DNA of 63,758 bases. Source: Spirogloea muscicola. Lineage: Eukaryota. Under the pieces are notes generated by a model. The model saw only the letters and a list, made by a program, of their open reading frames with translations, did not search any database and was not told the DNA's origin. The position numbers were made by a program, and so were the translations under genes. This document shows, one piece after another, positions 24,439 to 37,775 of the stretch. The stretch spans positions 656,991 through 720,748 of the forward strand of contig WELB01000006.1 in the NCBI GenBank assembly GCA_009602725.1, written 5' to 3'. Every line of letters begins with the position of its first letter. Position 1 is the first letter of the stretch.

Positions 24439-27400
24439 TCATAAGTTGTGGTCTACCTCATCCCACCTCCAAAGCGTGCCATCTTCACAGCAGGCAATGA
24501 TTATTCTGCAACAGAAGGGTGCATACAAAGACTATGTCAGTCGAAGTGCATGAAGGCTCAAGGTCCTGCTGCAAAGGCTCACACTGTGAGCAATGTCAAT
24601 TGCATGACGTTTATCCTCTCTGCCCATAGCTCCTATCATCCAACATCTTCATTTCACTAAACGAAAGCCAGGACACCATGTGTATTTAGATACCTGCCAT
24701 CGTGCGACACTGCAGTCTGGCGGATGATACTCCGCAGATGCGCATTCTTTAACCTGACGGAGATGAACAATAGTTGGTGTATCAGACAGAACAAAACACT
24801 TTTGATTTGACGAATGCTGGCAAAGAATATGTCGGTTTAGGAGGCCACTGCACTTTGTGGCTAGGTGGGCTTGAGATGCTGGCAGCTATAGGCTGCAGCA
24901 GCCACATCATGGCTATGCCGCTAACCACTAGGCGAACCTTGCAGGTGTTGTTGTGGATGCGCGCCGGGGATCCCAGACATATGTGGTGCCATCTCGATTC
25001 CCTACATGTCACGAGCTCATACAATCATCAGCACCATGCATGCATCAGCTATTGCGCGAAGAGGTTCTAGTGCACATCCCTCTGTCTTCATGGCAAATCT
25101 AAACGCAACTACTTGAGATGCACAGTGCACAGTGACAGGTGATGACAAGCCTCCATGTACAGGTTACTCAGGCTAGCAGATAGACAGCCACCTAGACTGC
25201 AGGTGTCTAGGATGGCAGCTATGGCAGTAATGATCGAAGAACCTCAGACTTTGTACCCCAGCGACATTCTCACCTATTGCTAAAGTAGTACAAGCGAGAT
25301 CCATTGAGAACTTGATGAACCAAACATCGCAGTCCTGGACAGCATATCGCTGAAGAACGTCCACAAAGCCCTGCAAATACATGCAGCTGAAGATCTAAGT
25401 ACAAGCCAAGAAACAATAAAGGGTCGCCAAGGGACCACGACATGTATACAGTCACTTTTGTGGAATGCTCATCTCATATGACGAACAACAGCTTAATGGA
25501 CCAAATATATCGTTACGGACCTCGTCTCTTCCATCCTGAGTTGCTCTCACGTGCCTCCAAAGCACCACCTCATTATCAACGCTCTGGTCAGGTGAAACTA
25601 AAGAACTCAATGAGTAATTAGATCGAAGCGGCGCTGCTGGGGAGTTGTGGCCACAGAGCAGAGCATGATGTTGCCAAGCATGCCTCATATGGACAACAGC
25701 AGATGTAGCCTGGTACCTTAGAGAGTATGCAGTCGCCGAGCCACCTTGTGCAGTCCACATAGTTGGTGTGGACATGATAGGCTACGAACACCTGCTACGG
25801 TGCAAAAACGGCGTGAGCTGGTGGAGTTGCTAAGTCTGAACAGGGCCGTAGAGTCACTCAGCGAGCATGGTGTACCACTGTCAAACTCATCATGTCACTT
25901 GCACCCGTGCCCAAGCAGATCACTTGTGGTGACCTTGTCGTGCACTGGCAGCTGCATGCATATCGGAAGCTGCATGCGTACCGGAAGCTGCACATGCTTT
26001 GTGGGAAACTTTGAGGGCAAGTCCGTCCAGCCATATGAGAGCTCAATGTACTGCTGGAAATCTGCACGTGCGTTTGCTCATAGACAGGAGGCGGCTTGTT
26101 GGTTGGGTTCTCACTAAGGACAAGTGATATTGACAAGCACTCTCAGCATCAGGACAAGTGGTGTTGATTACTGCTTTCAGCATCATCGAGGCAACACAAA
26201 TTAGCCTCCTGCTTTGCAGCCGCTTGAAGGTAGCGCCCAAGCCCCGGCTCACCTGCGTATGACCAAATCTTTATGGTGCTATCCATGCCGCAGCTGGCAA
26301 TTGTCATCTGGTCTGCAGGATGGAAGTCCTGTACATTGCATATAGGACGAGCAAAGGTCACCATGGCTGTCTGGCAATCCTCCACTTAAAGGCTGGGCGC
26401 AATTACCGCAAGTTTGCAAGTCCTCAGCGCAGGCCACAACGGAGTTCTCGTGCAGGCAAGACCTCCATAATATGATAGAGGTGCCTGGCAGAAGCAACAC
26501 TGCAAGGGTGCCTCCATGATATGATAGAGGTGCCTGGCAAGTTCAACACTGCAAGGGCGCCTCGCATGGCAGCCAGCATACCGCACTCAGCACCTCATTA
26601 CGATGCCCGCCGGCACCAGCGAAGACGAGGACGCAGACTCCAGTCTCGGCATTCCATAAGCGCACAGACTCGTCCTGCACTGTCGGCTCCAAGGAGGGGA
26701 TGCATGAGCTCCTTGTACGCCTGACTGGCTCGAAGCTCAGGCGCGGCTGAGTCTGTGCTCTTGTGGTAGCAATGCAGCGTATGTGTATTTTGCTTATGTT
26801 ACGAGCGGTGAATTGACGCGGCTCATTGATCGCTGTCGAGGACAAAGTTAGCCGCCGTGATCGAGCCGGGGGCTGACTCACCTTGCTGGCAGAGAGGAGG
26901 AGGGACGGCTGCAGGAGCTGTACGCGTAAGTCGTTGACAGAACCCCCGTGACCAATGAAGCTCTGCGCCACCCTCAGCCAAGCCAGATAAGTTGAGCTGT
27001 TTCTTTGTACGAGTAGCCTCGCCGACGTGCCTTTGTCTCTATCCAAGCGTGTGCTCGCAGAGGGGCAAACATAGATGTGAGTACATGCTTCACATAGGGC
27101 AGCAGCATCATGAGCCGCCCTTGCAAAGCAGCGGTGCTGGCCAGCAAAGGCGTGCTTAGCAGAGGGAGGGAGGGGAGCACGCCTGCAGGAGGGAGTGCGA
27201 GGAGCAGTCAATGACGCGCAGAACACCGTGCTGGCCTGCTACTGCCAGCAGCGGCGTGCCGCGCGCGTCGGTCGCCCAGCAGGCCGTGTAGAACGTCTCC
27301 TCCTTCTGTGAAGCCGGCACAGGAGTCATCCTGAAGCTCAACCTGAGGTTAAGGGTTAACGGGATAGGTGGTGAGGCCTAGGTGTTGGGTTTTAGGTTTA

Positions 27401-28104
27401 GGGTTAGGGTTGTCAACGAGGGTCGTTGAGAGATAGCACAAAGGCCTGAGGGGGCTGCAGGCGACTGCTGGGAGGGGAGCCTGCGGTCAGCCGGCGTGTG
27501 TTTACGGGAGATCGCTGCAGCGCAAGAAGGGCAGAGCCCCCAACTGGACTCGACTATGGCTTGACCCTCTAGACCTCTGCAAGCCCACGCCGCATGTCAC
27601 AAACGCCCTCGACGAGGAGTGGACTGCAGGGGCGCTGGCTTGCTTCGCGGCCGCAGCCTGTCGCAACCGTCGCCGCCAACGCGAATGACAGCGGCGGAGG
27701 TGGAAGGACAGGAGGGCGTGGCAGGCTCTGGAAATGGCAGGCGACACGGCTGCCGAGGACTGGCCGAGCAGCCGGCCTCTGCCAATGCGGCCTGCCGGGT
27801 CAGCGTCCACGGCGTGGACGAGCGGAGGTCGCCCTGGGCCATGACCGGCTGTCTTTGACGGCGCCGAGGCGCCATCGCCAGAGGCGGCGACCGCGGAGAG
27901 AGGCCGGCGAGGACGCACGTCGGCATCGACGTAGACGTGCACCACGCGGAGGCGGCCGTCCGGGAGGCACTGGAAGACGGTGGCCTGCGGCGGCGGCAGC
28001 GCGTCGGCGGCGGCGGCAATGCGGCTGTCAGGGCTGCCGGCTGCGGCAACGGCCTGTGGTGGCGGCGGCGGCAGCGGCAGCGGCGGCGGCGGCGGAGCCT
28101 CCAT
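24439..28104 (-). CDS. FIE: Polycomb PRC2 WD40 subunit FIE/ESC/EED, multi-exon; 5' end uncertain
   Basis: TVFQCL..G, EETFYTACWA, PLLAVAG, FIGHGGSVNDLR, LSASKDESVRLWN, FAGAGGHRNEVLS, DFHP, ASCGMD.TIKIWS, DYVDCTRWLGD.ILSKSVDNEVVLW, CDVWFIKFS, IRQTAVS.DG, CCEDGTLWRWD. Confidence 0.92.
26462..26568 (+). repeat. Tandem duplication of ~49 bp in a FIE intron
   Basis: cctccataatatgatagaggtgcctggca..caacactgcaaggg repeated twice plus a partial third unit. Confidence 0.85.
27345..27411 (+). repeat. Degenerate telomere-like (TTTAGGG/TTAGGG) tract in a FIE intron
   Basis: ggttaagggtt ... tgggttttaggtttagggttagggtt. Confidence 0.7.
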
Positions 28105-28244
28105 TGCGCGGCTTGGCGACCGCGGAGGCACCGCCGCGACGCGACACCCCGCGGGCCCGGGGCCCCGGCGCCCGGCCCCGCCGCGGGCCGCGCCGCGGAT
28201 CGCGGCGGGCTTCCCGCGGGGCAACTTCCGTCTCACCCCAGCAC

Positions 28245-28500
28245 TGGGCATGCCTTGCCATGCCTTCGCGCTGGCCTGCATAGCCTTTCCGGGCCTTGCC
28301 GTGCCTTGCTCTGCCTTGCCCCTGCCTTGCCCTGCCTTTCACAGCCTTGCCCTGCCACACCGCACCTTGCTCTCTCTCGGCTTCCGTCCCTCTGCGTGTC
28401 CTCGCCTGGTCGGACCTGCCGCGGCCAGCCTCGAGCTCACTTACTTTCTTGCTCTCCTTGCCTTGCTTTGCGTGCCTCGCCTTGCACCTCCTTGCCAGCT
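28245..28500 (+). repeat. Degenerate (GCCTT/GCCCT)n pyrimidine-rich minisatellite upstream of FIE
   Basis: Many CCTTG/CCCTG units, e.g. gccttgccgtgccttgctctgccttgcccctgccttgccctgcctt. Confidence 0.7.
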
Positions 28501-29442
28501 CGAATTCCCACTTGTTAACAGCTGCTGCGTTGGGCCCTCGCCATGGAGGCCGCTTGGTTGCTTCGGCCCAATTTATCATCGGCCTGTTCCGACGACCTTA
28601 CTCTGTTCACCTTGGGGCTGCCTGCACCAAAGCACGGCGTGGTGGGCACGCCTTTTTGCTCTACCCCGAGTAAGCCTTGTCTGCTCTGCTGGCGCCAAGT
28701 TGCCTATGTTGCTGCATTCACTCGTGCATTCCAACGCGCATCCGCCTCTCTTAAGGCCTATGTTTTTTCGTCGGCCTGCCTAGAACGCAAGTCACTTCAA
28801 GCTCCTCACTGTGCCGTTCTCAACCCTTTCCTTGCCCTTGCACAATCATTGGCTTCTGTCTCAAAGGCCACTCTCATGTGGCACTCCTTTCCGAGCGCGA
28901 CCACATTCCACACCTTCAGGCCTGCGGTGCCCTACGCTTGCATTACCACCGAGAAGAGAGGCAGTTGGCCGCAGGATGACCACCATGCAATCTGGACAGG
29001 ATAGTAGTGCATGGGGCTCAAGGATGGCAGGCTCTTGGGCCGGGAAGTTATGATGGCCTCTCTGTGTAAATACTGCTGTACTTATTGACACAGATGCAGG
29101 CCTCGACCTCAGCGTGCTGCTGCATGAGTCCTGTAGTTATCTCAAAGAACTGAGTGCTCGGCCCCACCTGTGCTAAGGAAGCGGCCCAGCACCCTGACAT
29201 GATCAATGCATCAACAATGTTTAATCATCAAGTATGTGATAATAATACTTGCAGGCTCACTGGCACACTTTTTGGTGACAGCACGCTGCTAGGAAGGGGG
29301 GACGGGGGATATTGGGGTTGAGTGACGCACAACAGTTGGAGAGCACAGTTGACTAAGCACAAGCTGGCTGTCACCAAGCTGGCCCTGGCATCGAAGCAGG
29401 ATTCAATCAAGAGAACCTGAAGTATGTGAGGGCGAGGGCAGG

Positions 29443-30678
29443 TCATGCCAGACGGGCACCGCACCGCTCATTCGTCAAGCGGTGCGCCTCGAGCAGGAGC
29501 CGTTGGAGGTTATCACGCAGCATGGCTGTGATGCGCGAGTGCAGCGACTGCGTGGCGGGGTCGTCTATGACGCGTGCTGCGTGCAGCATTGGCTTCTCCA
29601 CCTCCTTGGATGGGTCCGCAAAATCCTCCTCCGTCAGCGGCGCCGCCGTCGTGGCAGAGGGCTCGGCGGCGGCCTCCACGACATCCTCTGGTGCTGCTGT
29701 TGCCTCCGGCTGCCACTCGCCGCGGGCAACTGCTTCGGCCGCCTGCTGCCGCAGGAGCGGCACGTCAAAGTGCAGCGGCTCCCCGACAACGACTGTGACG
29801 TGCTTGCCAGGCAGCGGCACCAGCGCGCGCCTCCCGAACAGGTGCTTCTCAGGCATCACCTGCCAAGGACAGGTAGGGATGCACTATATGGCTTGAAGGC
29901 TCAGAGGACGAGCAGTCATTTTCTGGGCTACCGGCTGAGGCAAGCAAGCGCAAGAGGACGCGAGACAGAGCCAGCTTACTAGCAGGCGGGGCTCCTGACC
30001 TTTTCGAAGCCACTGTGTGCCACGCAGATTACGAGCGGCGGAACGGCTGCGCGTGCAATGATGCTGCCGACGCCCCACTTGAGGCGCGCCAGCGGCACTT
30101 GCCGCTGCTCCACCTTGCCCTCTGGAAATGTGTGCAGCTGCAAACGGTCACGGCCGCAGTCGAACCACAGCCATCAGTCTGCCAAGCAGATGGCTGTTAC
30201 AGCAGGCCTCTGCCTTCTGATAAGAGCTGAGATAGCGAGGAAGTGACCATCAGGACAATGAGTGTCAAGGGCAATGGTCGCGCACCCAGTCGCCAGCATT
30301 GACGACATCAATGGCTTCCTGGATTGCTGGCTGGTGGATGCCTCCACCGCGCACGACCGGGATGCACTTGCCTGCGTTACCGCACTCACCGAGCCAGCGG
30401 TCACAATGCAGTGCACTAGCACGGTAGTTGCAGGCGCCATCCGCCACAATGGCGTCTTAGGCACGAGACAGACGAGCTGGGGCCGGAGGAGGCCACTGCG
30501 GTGCTCAGCGGCTACGAAGTGCTCAGGGGAGAGGGTCCTGGTGCACACACCGAGGCGGAAGAAGTAGGAGAAGGCGGGGTTGGTGAAGCAGATGTCCTTG
30601 GCCGTCAGCGTCCAGCGGCAGAGCTTGGGGTCGCCGCCGGGCAGGCGCCACCGGCCCCACAGCAGCGGGTCGTCCAGC
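29443..30678 (-). CDS. Tafazzin-like / N-acyl-PE synthase acyltransferase (PlsC family); first exon(s) not found
   Basis: LDDPLLWG, RWTLTAKDICFTN..FSYFFRLGKCIPVVRGGGIHQ, WLHTFPEGKV, RLKWGVGSII, HSGFEKVMPE, VVVGEP. Confidence 0.85.
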
Positions 30679-30905
30679 CTGCGCGCCGTCCACCGTGATG
30701 GCGGCGGCGGCATTGGCGGCGGCGACTCTGGTAAGACCGCCGCACAGGTCCGGGACCTCGCCTGCTACGCCGCTCGGCGCGGCGATGCTCCGCCGGCGCC
30801 ACCCTCCGCGCCGTCGCTCTGATCGGCACGACGGCGATCGAGGAGGGCGGCCGCCAGCAAGGCGGCACTTGGCCATGAGAAATGGCAGCGACGGAGGTGG
30901 CGGCC

Positions 30906-30940
<35 letters not shown>

Positions 30941-31993
30941 AACTACATCTTCAGTGGGCCAGACGTCCAGGCCTCGGTATGCGGTAACTCCGCCGACGAT
31001 CGCGGCTGTGTGGTTAGAGTCGGGCATATGGACGACGTCGCCCGACTGCCAGGTCCAGCCGGCCGGTTGTCGCGGTGCAGCTGCCTGGTTTCCCCAACGT
31101 GCCGTCCGACCGGCGAGCGTGTAGAGCCGCCCGCTTTCGGCCGACATCAGCGTCTCGCCGTCGGCCGAGACCTGCCACTTCCAGGGACGCAAATGTCCGG
31201 CGAATCAATCAACCGGTTGGCATTACGTCGGGCGCCAGTTGGCATGCAGCCCACGTCCACCACGTGGCACTGCTCTGAGAGCTTGGGAGACCACGTGGGC
31301 ACGATGACCTCAGCCCGGGGGCCCGATGACCGGGTCAGGCCAACCGGGTTGGTTCTCCTGAACTGGTTAACCCGGTTAGCCGGCGCGACCGTACGAACAC
31401 GGATACTCCCCAGAACCCCAACCCCCCCCCCCAGCCATTCCGAGCCAGCAGCGCCCCCGCAAGACCCGGCGGGGTTTGCGGCGCAAGCCACGGGCGCCAG
31501 CGCCAGCGCCGCCTCCGCCGCCGCCGCCGCCGCCGCCGCCGCCGAGGACGNAAGAGCTGCACTTTCATCCACAACGGCCAGAAGGGGCAAGCCTGAGATC
31601 CTTTGCGTCAGAAGCAGGGTCTCGACGGAGGGCCCATTGCAGAGGGACGGATGCAGAGCGATGGACAATGACGGCGTTCGAGAATGAGTGCTACCTCGTG
31701 CTGGCTGCCACTTCACCACCGCAGATGAATGACACTGTCAGCTGTGGCAGCAATCCATTGAGTGCCTTCCCTGCCGCCTGTGTTGGGACCTTGTCCCGTC
31801 TCACAACCGCCCCGCCGGCCACGAGGCAGTCAGCGTTGCTTACACAAGCCAGGCGCTGGTTTGCACCAAAGAAGTTTGCCAGTAATATTGTGAGAGACTG
31901 ATATGCTTGTGGCCTCAGTGAAGCTTCAACAGATGTGAGCTGCCGGGGGTAGCTTAGTCCTCCAAAGCAGCATGCAGGGCGCATATATTATAG

Positions 31994-34566
31994 GGTCGAT
32001 TGGGATGTGGAAGCCGATACCGAATTCCTCGTTAGCTATGAGCACTACAAGCTCCACGGCGATGGCGCGGCCGCCGCAGCGACGGGGGCGGGGGCCGGGA
32101 CGAGGGCGCGCTCGCCAATGGCAGCGCGTCCATCTACCACGACGCGCTGTGCGCAGGTCCACACCCACAACGCCGAGCTCCAGACTCCGCCGCCGCCGCC
32201 GCCGCCGCCAGCGGCCCCCGGAGCCACGAGCTCGCCAGCGGCGGCGACGGCCGCCGCCCCGCCCCGATGTCATCGATGATGACCGCGAAAACCCACCTCG
32301 GCGTGCCCGCCAGATTCCTCGGGCGAGCTCTGGTTCGACGCTGACGCGGCGCTGGGGGCCGACCCGCTGTCGCCGACGGCGGAGGCGGCGGTGCCGGCGG
32401 AGGGCCTGGCGCTGGCCAGCGCCAAGCTGAGCTCCGTGTCCTCGCCGCTGCCGGCAGCCGGGGGCGTCGCCCAGGACCGCGCCCTCGCCCGCAGGGTCTC
32501 AGTGGGCCCGCGGCCCTCATTCTCGAGCGGCGGCCAACGTGGGAAGCTGCTGTGCCTGCCGTCGGCGAAGATGGACCTCGCCGCCGCCACCCTCGGCGGC
32601 GGTGGCAACACCTCTCCCACGACGCCCTCCCGCCGGCTGCAGCGCCGCATGTCCTCGCTCCTGCGCCGGAAGCCCAAGGGCGAGGCCTCCTCCGCTGAGA
32701 ACCCCCGAGCCGACGGTAAAAGGCCGCTGATTTCCATTTCCATTACCATTTCCGTTTCTGTTTAGACCTCCATCTTGTAAGCTTCTGGGGGGGCATCTGA
32801 TGCGCTATAGTCGGCAATGAGGTCGAGCCTCCGGCACCTCAGGCATGCGTCAAGCCCTCGTCTTGGTGCCGTCGCGCCTTCGTGCTGCAGTCAGGAAGGT
32901 GCTGCAGCGGCCGCGGGCAGGCCTCCAGGTGCCACAGTGCCCCGCCGACCGGCCTGCGTCGGGCTGCTGGTCTGTCGTCGACGCCTCGACCTTCAAGGTC
33001 CGCGGCAGGACGTACTTGAGGTAGGGCCCGAGACGAGACCGCCGACCCCGTGCTCGCCTCGGAGAAGCAGCGGCTGCAGTGCTGTCGAGCTTACGCTGGT
33101 CATCCATTGGTGGGTGGTGCTCGCTGGCGCGCCACGCAGGGACAAGAAGAAGGTGGCGGCAGCGGCGCGTTGCATCTACGAGCCAGTTGGCATGGATGTC
33201 TTCCTATCTGGGCACAAGCTTCGGCACGTGGCGCAGCTGGTGGAGCTGCCCCCTGACGAGAGCGGGGGCCAGCCGCCGGCCAAGGGAGCGCTGCCTCGTC
33301 TGCTCATTGTCAATGTCCAGGCTAGCCACGACCACCCAACAGACTGAGCACTTGGACCGCTCATCGCATACGTCAGCACCAGAGTGTGCTCGTCTGCAGC
33401 TTCCTGCTGACACCAGCATCAAGTTGCGCGGCACAACCTGGCACGTGCAGCTGCCCTGCTATCCTCCGCAGGTCTTTGGCGGGACCGACGATGGAGAGGG
33501 CGTCAGTGTCGTCTTCTATTGCCGGCTCAATGAGGACTTTGAGCGATCTGGCCCTCCGCAGGCCATGCAAGCCCTGCAGGTTGGTCTCATGGTCCAACAT
33601 ACTGCAGGCATGCTTGGCCGCCCATACAAGCACTTGCCTTGCAGTTCGTGATCGAGTGGTGTGCGAGCAGGGCGACCTGCTTACTCCTCCACTATTGGTG
33701 ACTGCTTATCTGGTATTGCTGGCTCGGCTTATGACAGCGGTTCATGACGAACGAGATGGAAATGGTGAAGGGCCGGTTCATGGGAGAAACAGCGGTGCCC
33801 TTCCGTGAGCGGCTCAAGATTGTGACACGCCTCATGAATCTGCCTGACCTCGACCTCACTGCCGCTGAGCGCAAGCTTGCGCTGTCCTTCCACGAGAAGC
33901 CCGTTCTGTCACGGCCACAGCATGCATTCTTTGAGGTGGGCAACCCCAGGGTCCAAGGTTTACGGTCTACATAGGCACTCAAGTGATAAGGGCAACAACA
34001 CGCATCGAGGGTTGCTGACTTGGACTCTATCCTACTCTCCAAGCCCTTAAGTTAGCTGCTTCATACCAGAGCACCACTTTGTTACCTTCTTCAAAGCCAC
34101 ACTTACGCACTTGCATACTACGACGTGGTTCCACCCTGGGCAGGGCCCCACGTACCTAGAGGTAGACTTGGACGTGCACCGCTTCAGCTTCCTGGGCCGC
34201 AAGTTCCTGCACGCGCTCCGAGAGAAGCTCCGCGCCTGCGTCATCGACATCTCGCTGCTCATCCAGGTATGGCGCCGAAGCAGCCTTCTCTTTGATACTG
34301 TCGTGTCGTGGAGGTGCTCAGTCCATCTGATTGTGTGGGCCTTGCTCACTGTGCAGGCGAATAGTCTGGAGGAGCTGCCAGAGCACATGCTGTGCGCTGT
34401 GCGGCTCCACCAGATCGACTTCTCACAGTTTGACACCCTCTTGTCTGCCCCGCCCTCGCCCACATCAGCCATCAAGTCCGCACCCCTCACTAACCACGAC
34501 AGCAGCTCTTTCCTGTCACCCCATGTCACAGGGCCCACCCCTGGGGGTGACACAATCGGCAAGTGA
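31994..34566 (+). CDS. DUF1336 (EDR2 C-terminal-like) domain protein, multi-exon; start uncertain
   Basis: WFD, STFKVRG.TYLRDKKK, YEPVGMDVF, LIVNVQLP.YP, DGEG.S.VFY, PFRERLKI, EKPVLSRPQH.F..GPTYLEVDLDVHRFS, IQANSLEELPE..LCAVRL. Confidence 0.88.
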
Positions 34567-35489
34567 AGCTCCTGATGATGCTCTCTAGCCCGTGAGACAC
34601 ATGTAGATGTTTCTTAAGTAGTGCCGCACAGGTAATTCTGTTCCAGCAAAGTGCATTGCGAGTGTCTCCTTGATTACTGGGATGGCCGGGCATGCACTAA
34701 TGAGAGCATCTTCAGGCTTAGCACTGCACTGAACAGCCTCCAGATGTGCTGTCCAAGAGGCTCCGCTAGATGCAAAGCCCATGGCCATGACATGCCAGCC
34801 GTAGGAACGGCTGAACTAGGACAGCATTCTTTTTCTGTATGCGAAATACCTCTCAAGTGACTGTTGAGTTGTACTTCCATAATAGGCATTGCAGCAATAC
34901 GTTTTTTGGACATGAGATCCCAGCATACTGTGCAGTCAGCAACATGTGACCCACACAACCAACAGGCAAATTGGAGATAAGCTCTACTTTCAGATATGTT
35001 ACTGCCACCATGAGCTAACAAGATTGGGTAGCTTGCTAGTAAATGACTAGGTGCCTAATAAGCCGCATCATGGACACAGCTAGTCCTACGTGCAGACTGT
35101 CTGCAGAATGTCACGTGCCAAGTGCTTTCACCAGTGTACTACTCAGATGCGCCTCATCATGAGTATACTTGGACCAAAGGCTAGTCAACGGCTGCTCATG
35201 TTGCATAGGATGAGACAGTTGCTATCAATTAGTGATTTGATGAAAGGTTTCAAAGGGTATGCACAGCCAATGACATCTAGTGAAGAAGCTTGGCTGTGTT
35301 TCTAAAGCGGGAGTCAAGACCAGCCTGACACTGCGAGAAAGGCTGCGAAGTTATCTACGCAGGGTCTTCTGGAACTTTGGTGTGTTAGCAAAGTCTTATC
35401 TCTGTGCCCAACGAGATGAAAATGTGAAACAGGGCAAGTCATTATAGTTATGGTGTGCATGCTGAAAGGGTTCAGAGGTCCAACGCACC

Positions 35490-37775
35490 GTGGTGATCGG
35501 GATCGGGAATGAGAACGATCACGCCTGCTCCCACGATATGGAGAGTAGCGTGGAGAGCGATCCCTATCACGGCTACCGCGGTATGGAGAATACCGTGGGG
35601 ACCTCCTTCCACTGCTCCCATCGCCATCGTGGTAGCTGCTGCCACGGGCTTCTCTTTCCCGCTCTGAGCTGCCGCTTCCACCTTTACTTCGTTCGTACTC
35701 TTGTAGAGAGGCTGCAGCAGGACATGCAAGGGCTCAAGATCCAGCGCACAGCAATGTGGCAACTCTGACCATTCCCACGTCGTGAACCTACTGTCCAAGC
35801 TTGTGTCCTGTGTGGTTGTACTGACTATAAACAGATCACGGTGCTGAGCCTGAGAAGTGATATGAGCAATGGCCATGGGGCAGGAAATATGGCTTCACAG
35901 TATGCTATACATACCCAGCTCACGAGCAGTGCGCACTCCCAGATACTTGCCCGGTGTAGGTGTGCGTGCGCTTTTACGCTTTGCCTGGCTCATAGAAGAA
36001 CATGCAGTGCAAATGAGGGTTGCTGCCTCGTTGCTGGCCTTCCTGACGTACACAGACGTACACTAAATGCCATGACAGTGCCACCATGGACATAATGGAA
36101 GCCTCATTAGCGGCCCAAGGCTTAGGGCGCGCTCTTTCCACAGCACTCTGCTTAAGGTCAGGCTGCTCTCCAGGAGGCAACACAGTCCAAGGCATCTCCA
36201 AGTGAACCTTGTCGCATGTGGCACCTATAGCCACAAGCTGTGGCAGGTTGCTGATGCTTTAGCTCGGTGCTGCACGATGACGGAAGGACAGTTGGGGAGC
36301 CGGCAGTTGGTGAAGGGGTCGACGAAAGACAGCTGCAGCAAAGTGGCTCGAGCTGAACGAGTGGGGTGTGGTCGAGGACGACGGAACACTCGACTCGAAT
36401 GACTTGAGGGTTGTTGCAGCAGCAATCGGTGGAGGGAGGGTGGTGTGGCTGAGTGGCTGAGGATGCTCCTCTGAATGTGGAACCAACGAGCCAACCTCAG
36501 CTCAGACAAGGACCTTGCCAGGGACTGGCCATCTTCCAGTACACGAAGCAGCAAGACCATCTTCCACAATGACATGCGCCGCCTCGGCTTGCAAAGCGGC
36601 CCACGTTGGCCTCCACGCTCCTGCAGTACCTGCCCTATGTTGCTGATCGACCTGCTGGACATCAGCTGCATGTCGGAAGCCTTGGTAGCAAGGTACAGGG
36701 TGGGAGGCTGCTCACCCTCTCAACCGTGATGACGCGGCCCTCAAGGATTGAGCGGTTCAGGTACTTCATGCACCTCTCTGCCTCGTCGATAGTGGAAACA
36801 GTTACAAAACCAAACCCTCGGGACTCCTTGGTACGAGGGTCGACGACAAGCCGAGCTTCTGTGACCTGTTCAGGTCAGGCTTGATAGGTTACCACTGAGC
36901 TGCCATACTTGCTGCTGTCTACGCTCGCTCTTGCTCAGCTGCAGGAGCACTTTAAAGATTGTCACCGACCTTCGCTTCCCGTGCAAAGTGGTCCTCCAAG
37001 TCGCGTTCTGTGACCCTAGTTGAAAGGCCAGTTATGTAGAGGTTGTTGCCTGGGTTTGCCTCAGCCTCTTCCGCCTCCCTTCTGCTTGAGTGAGGGAGTA
37101 TGAGGAGACTAACACCATCTGGTGAAGGACGACAGTAGGTGCAAGCTTCTAAAAGGACGAGAAAGGTACCTTCTGGACTTCTGGGAAAGAGCCGAAGCTG
37201 AGGATGCCAGACACACTGAAATAGGGCGAAGGAGAGCAGCTACTTCACCTAGGCGGCGACCTTGACCTCGAGCGGTAGCGAGGTGCCGGTGATGGCGACC
37301 GCGAGTACCTGCCATGCCTCGCGACTCCAGAATGTGAGCGAACTTCTCAGCCGATGCTGACTCCACACTTCTCTGGAGCAATAGCACTCGCAAGGCCTCG
37401 TCAAAGGCAGTTCCTAGAGCCAGGGCATGGCTCGGATGCGGTCACGGATGCCATGAAGACGCCATTGCTGTGAGCAATGTCGCACCTCGTTAGCGCCTGT
37501 CGCACCGTACTGTGATGTGACCCTTACTGCAGTATGACCACCGCAATGCCTGCCTGACCTATGCAACTTATGCGCAGCCTTAAATTGCACAGGTAGGACT
37601 GCCTCGTCATGATCCAAGAGATGGTGACTTGACACCATAATCTGTCGCCCTACCGCTGCACCGCTGCGGGGCATAGGCATGACAGCCAGCCGAGGGGCAA
37701 TGGACGGAGGTGGAGGCAGCAATGGCTGCCGCAGAGGGTCACAGCAAGGGACAGTGAGGCTTACCGGCGGGCCAT
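35490..37775 (-). CDS. SR45a: SR45a / Transformer-2-like RS splicing factor with single RRM; terminal exon uncertain
   Basis: RS-rich N-terminus, NPGNNLYITGLSTRVTERDLEDHF, RESRGFGFVT-like RNP1 (KESRGFGFVT), LNRSILEGRVITVE, RTPTPGKYLG, RSPRYSPYR repeats. Confidence 0.87.

Noticed and set aside
27670..27700. Shared ANDSGGG / aatgacagcggcgg stretch with 248-270
   Set aside because: Only ~14 bp identical in GC-rich low-complexity DNA, consistent with chance.
27984..28104. Biologically truncated N-termini of FIE and of tafazzin (~30680-30940)
   Set aside because: The missing exons coincide with long GCC tracts where collapse or mis-join is likely. The SNHTA peptide near 31010 lacks a usable donor and context.
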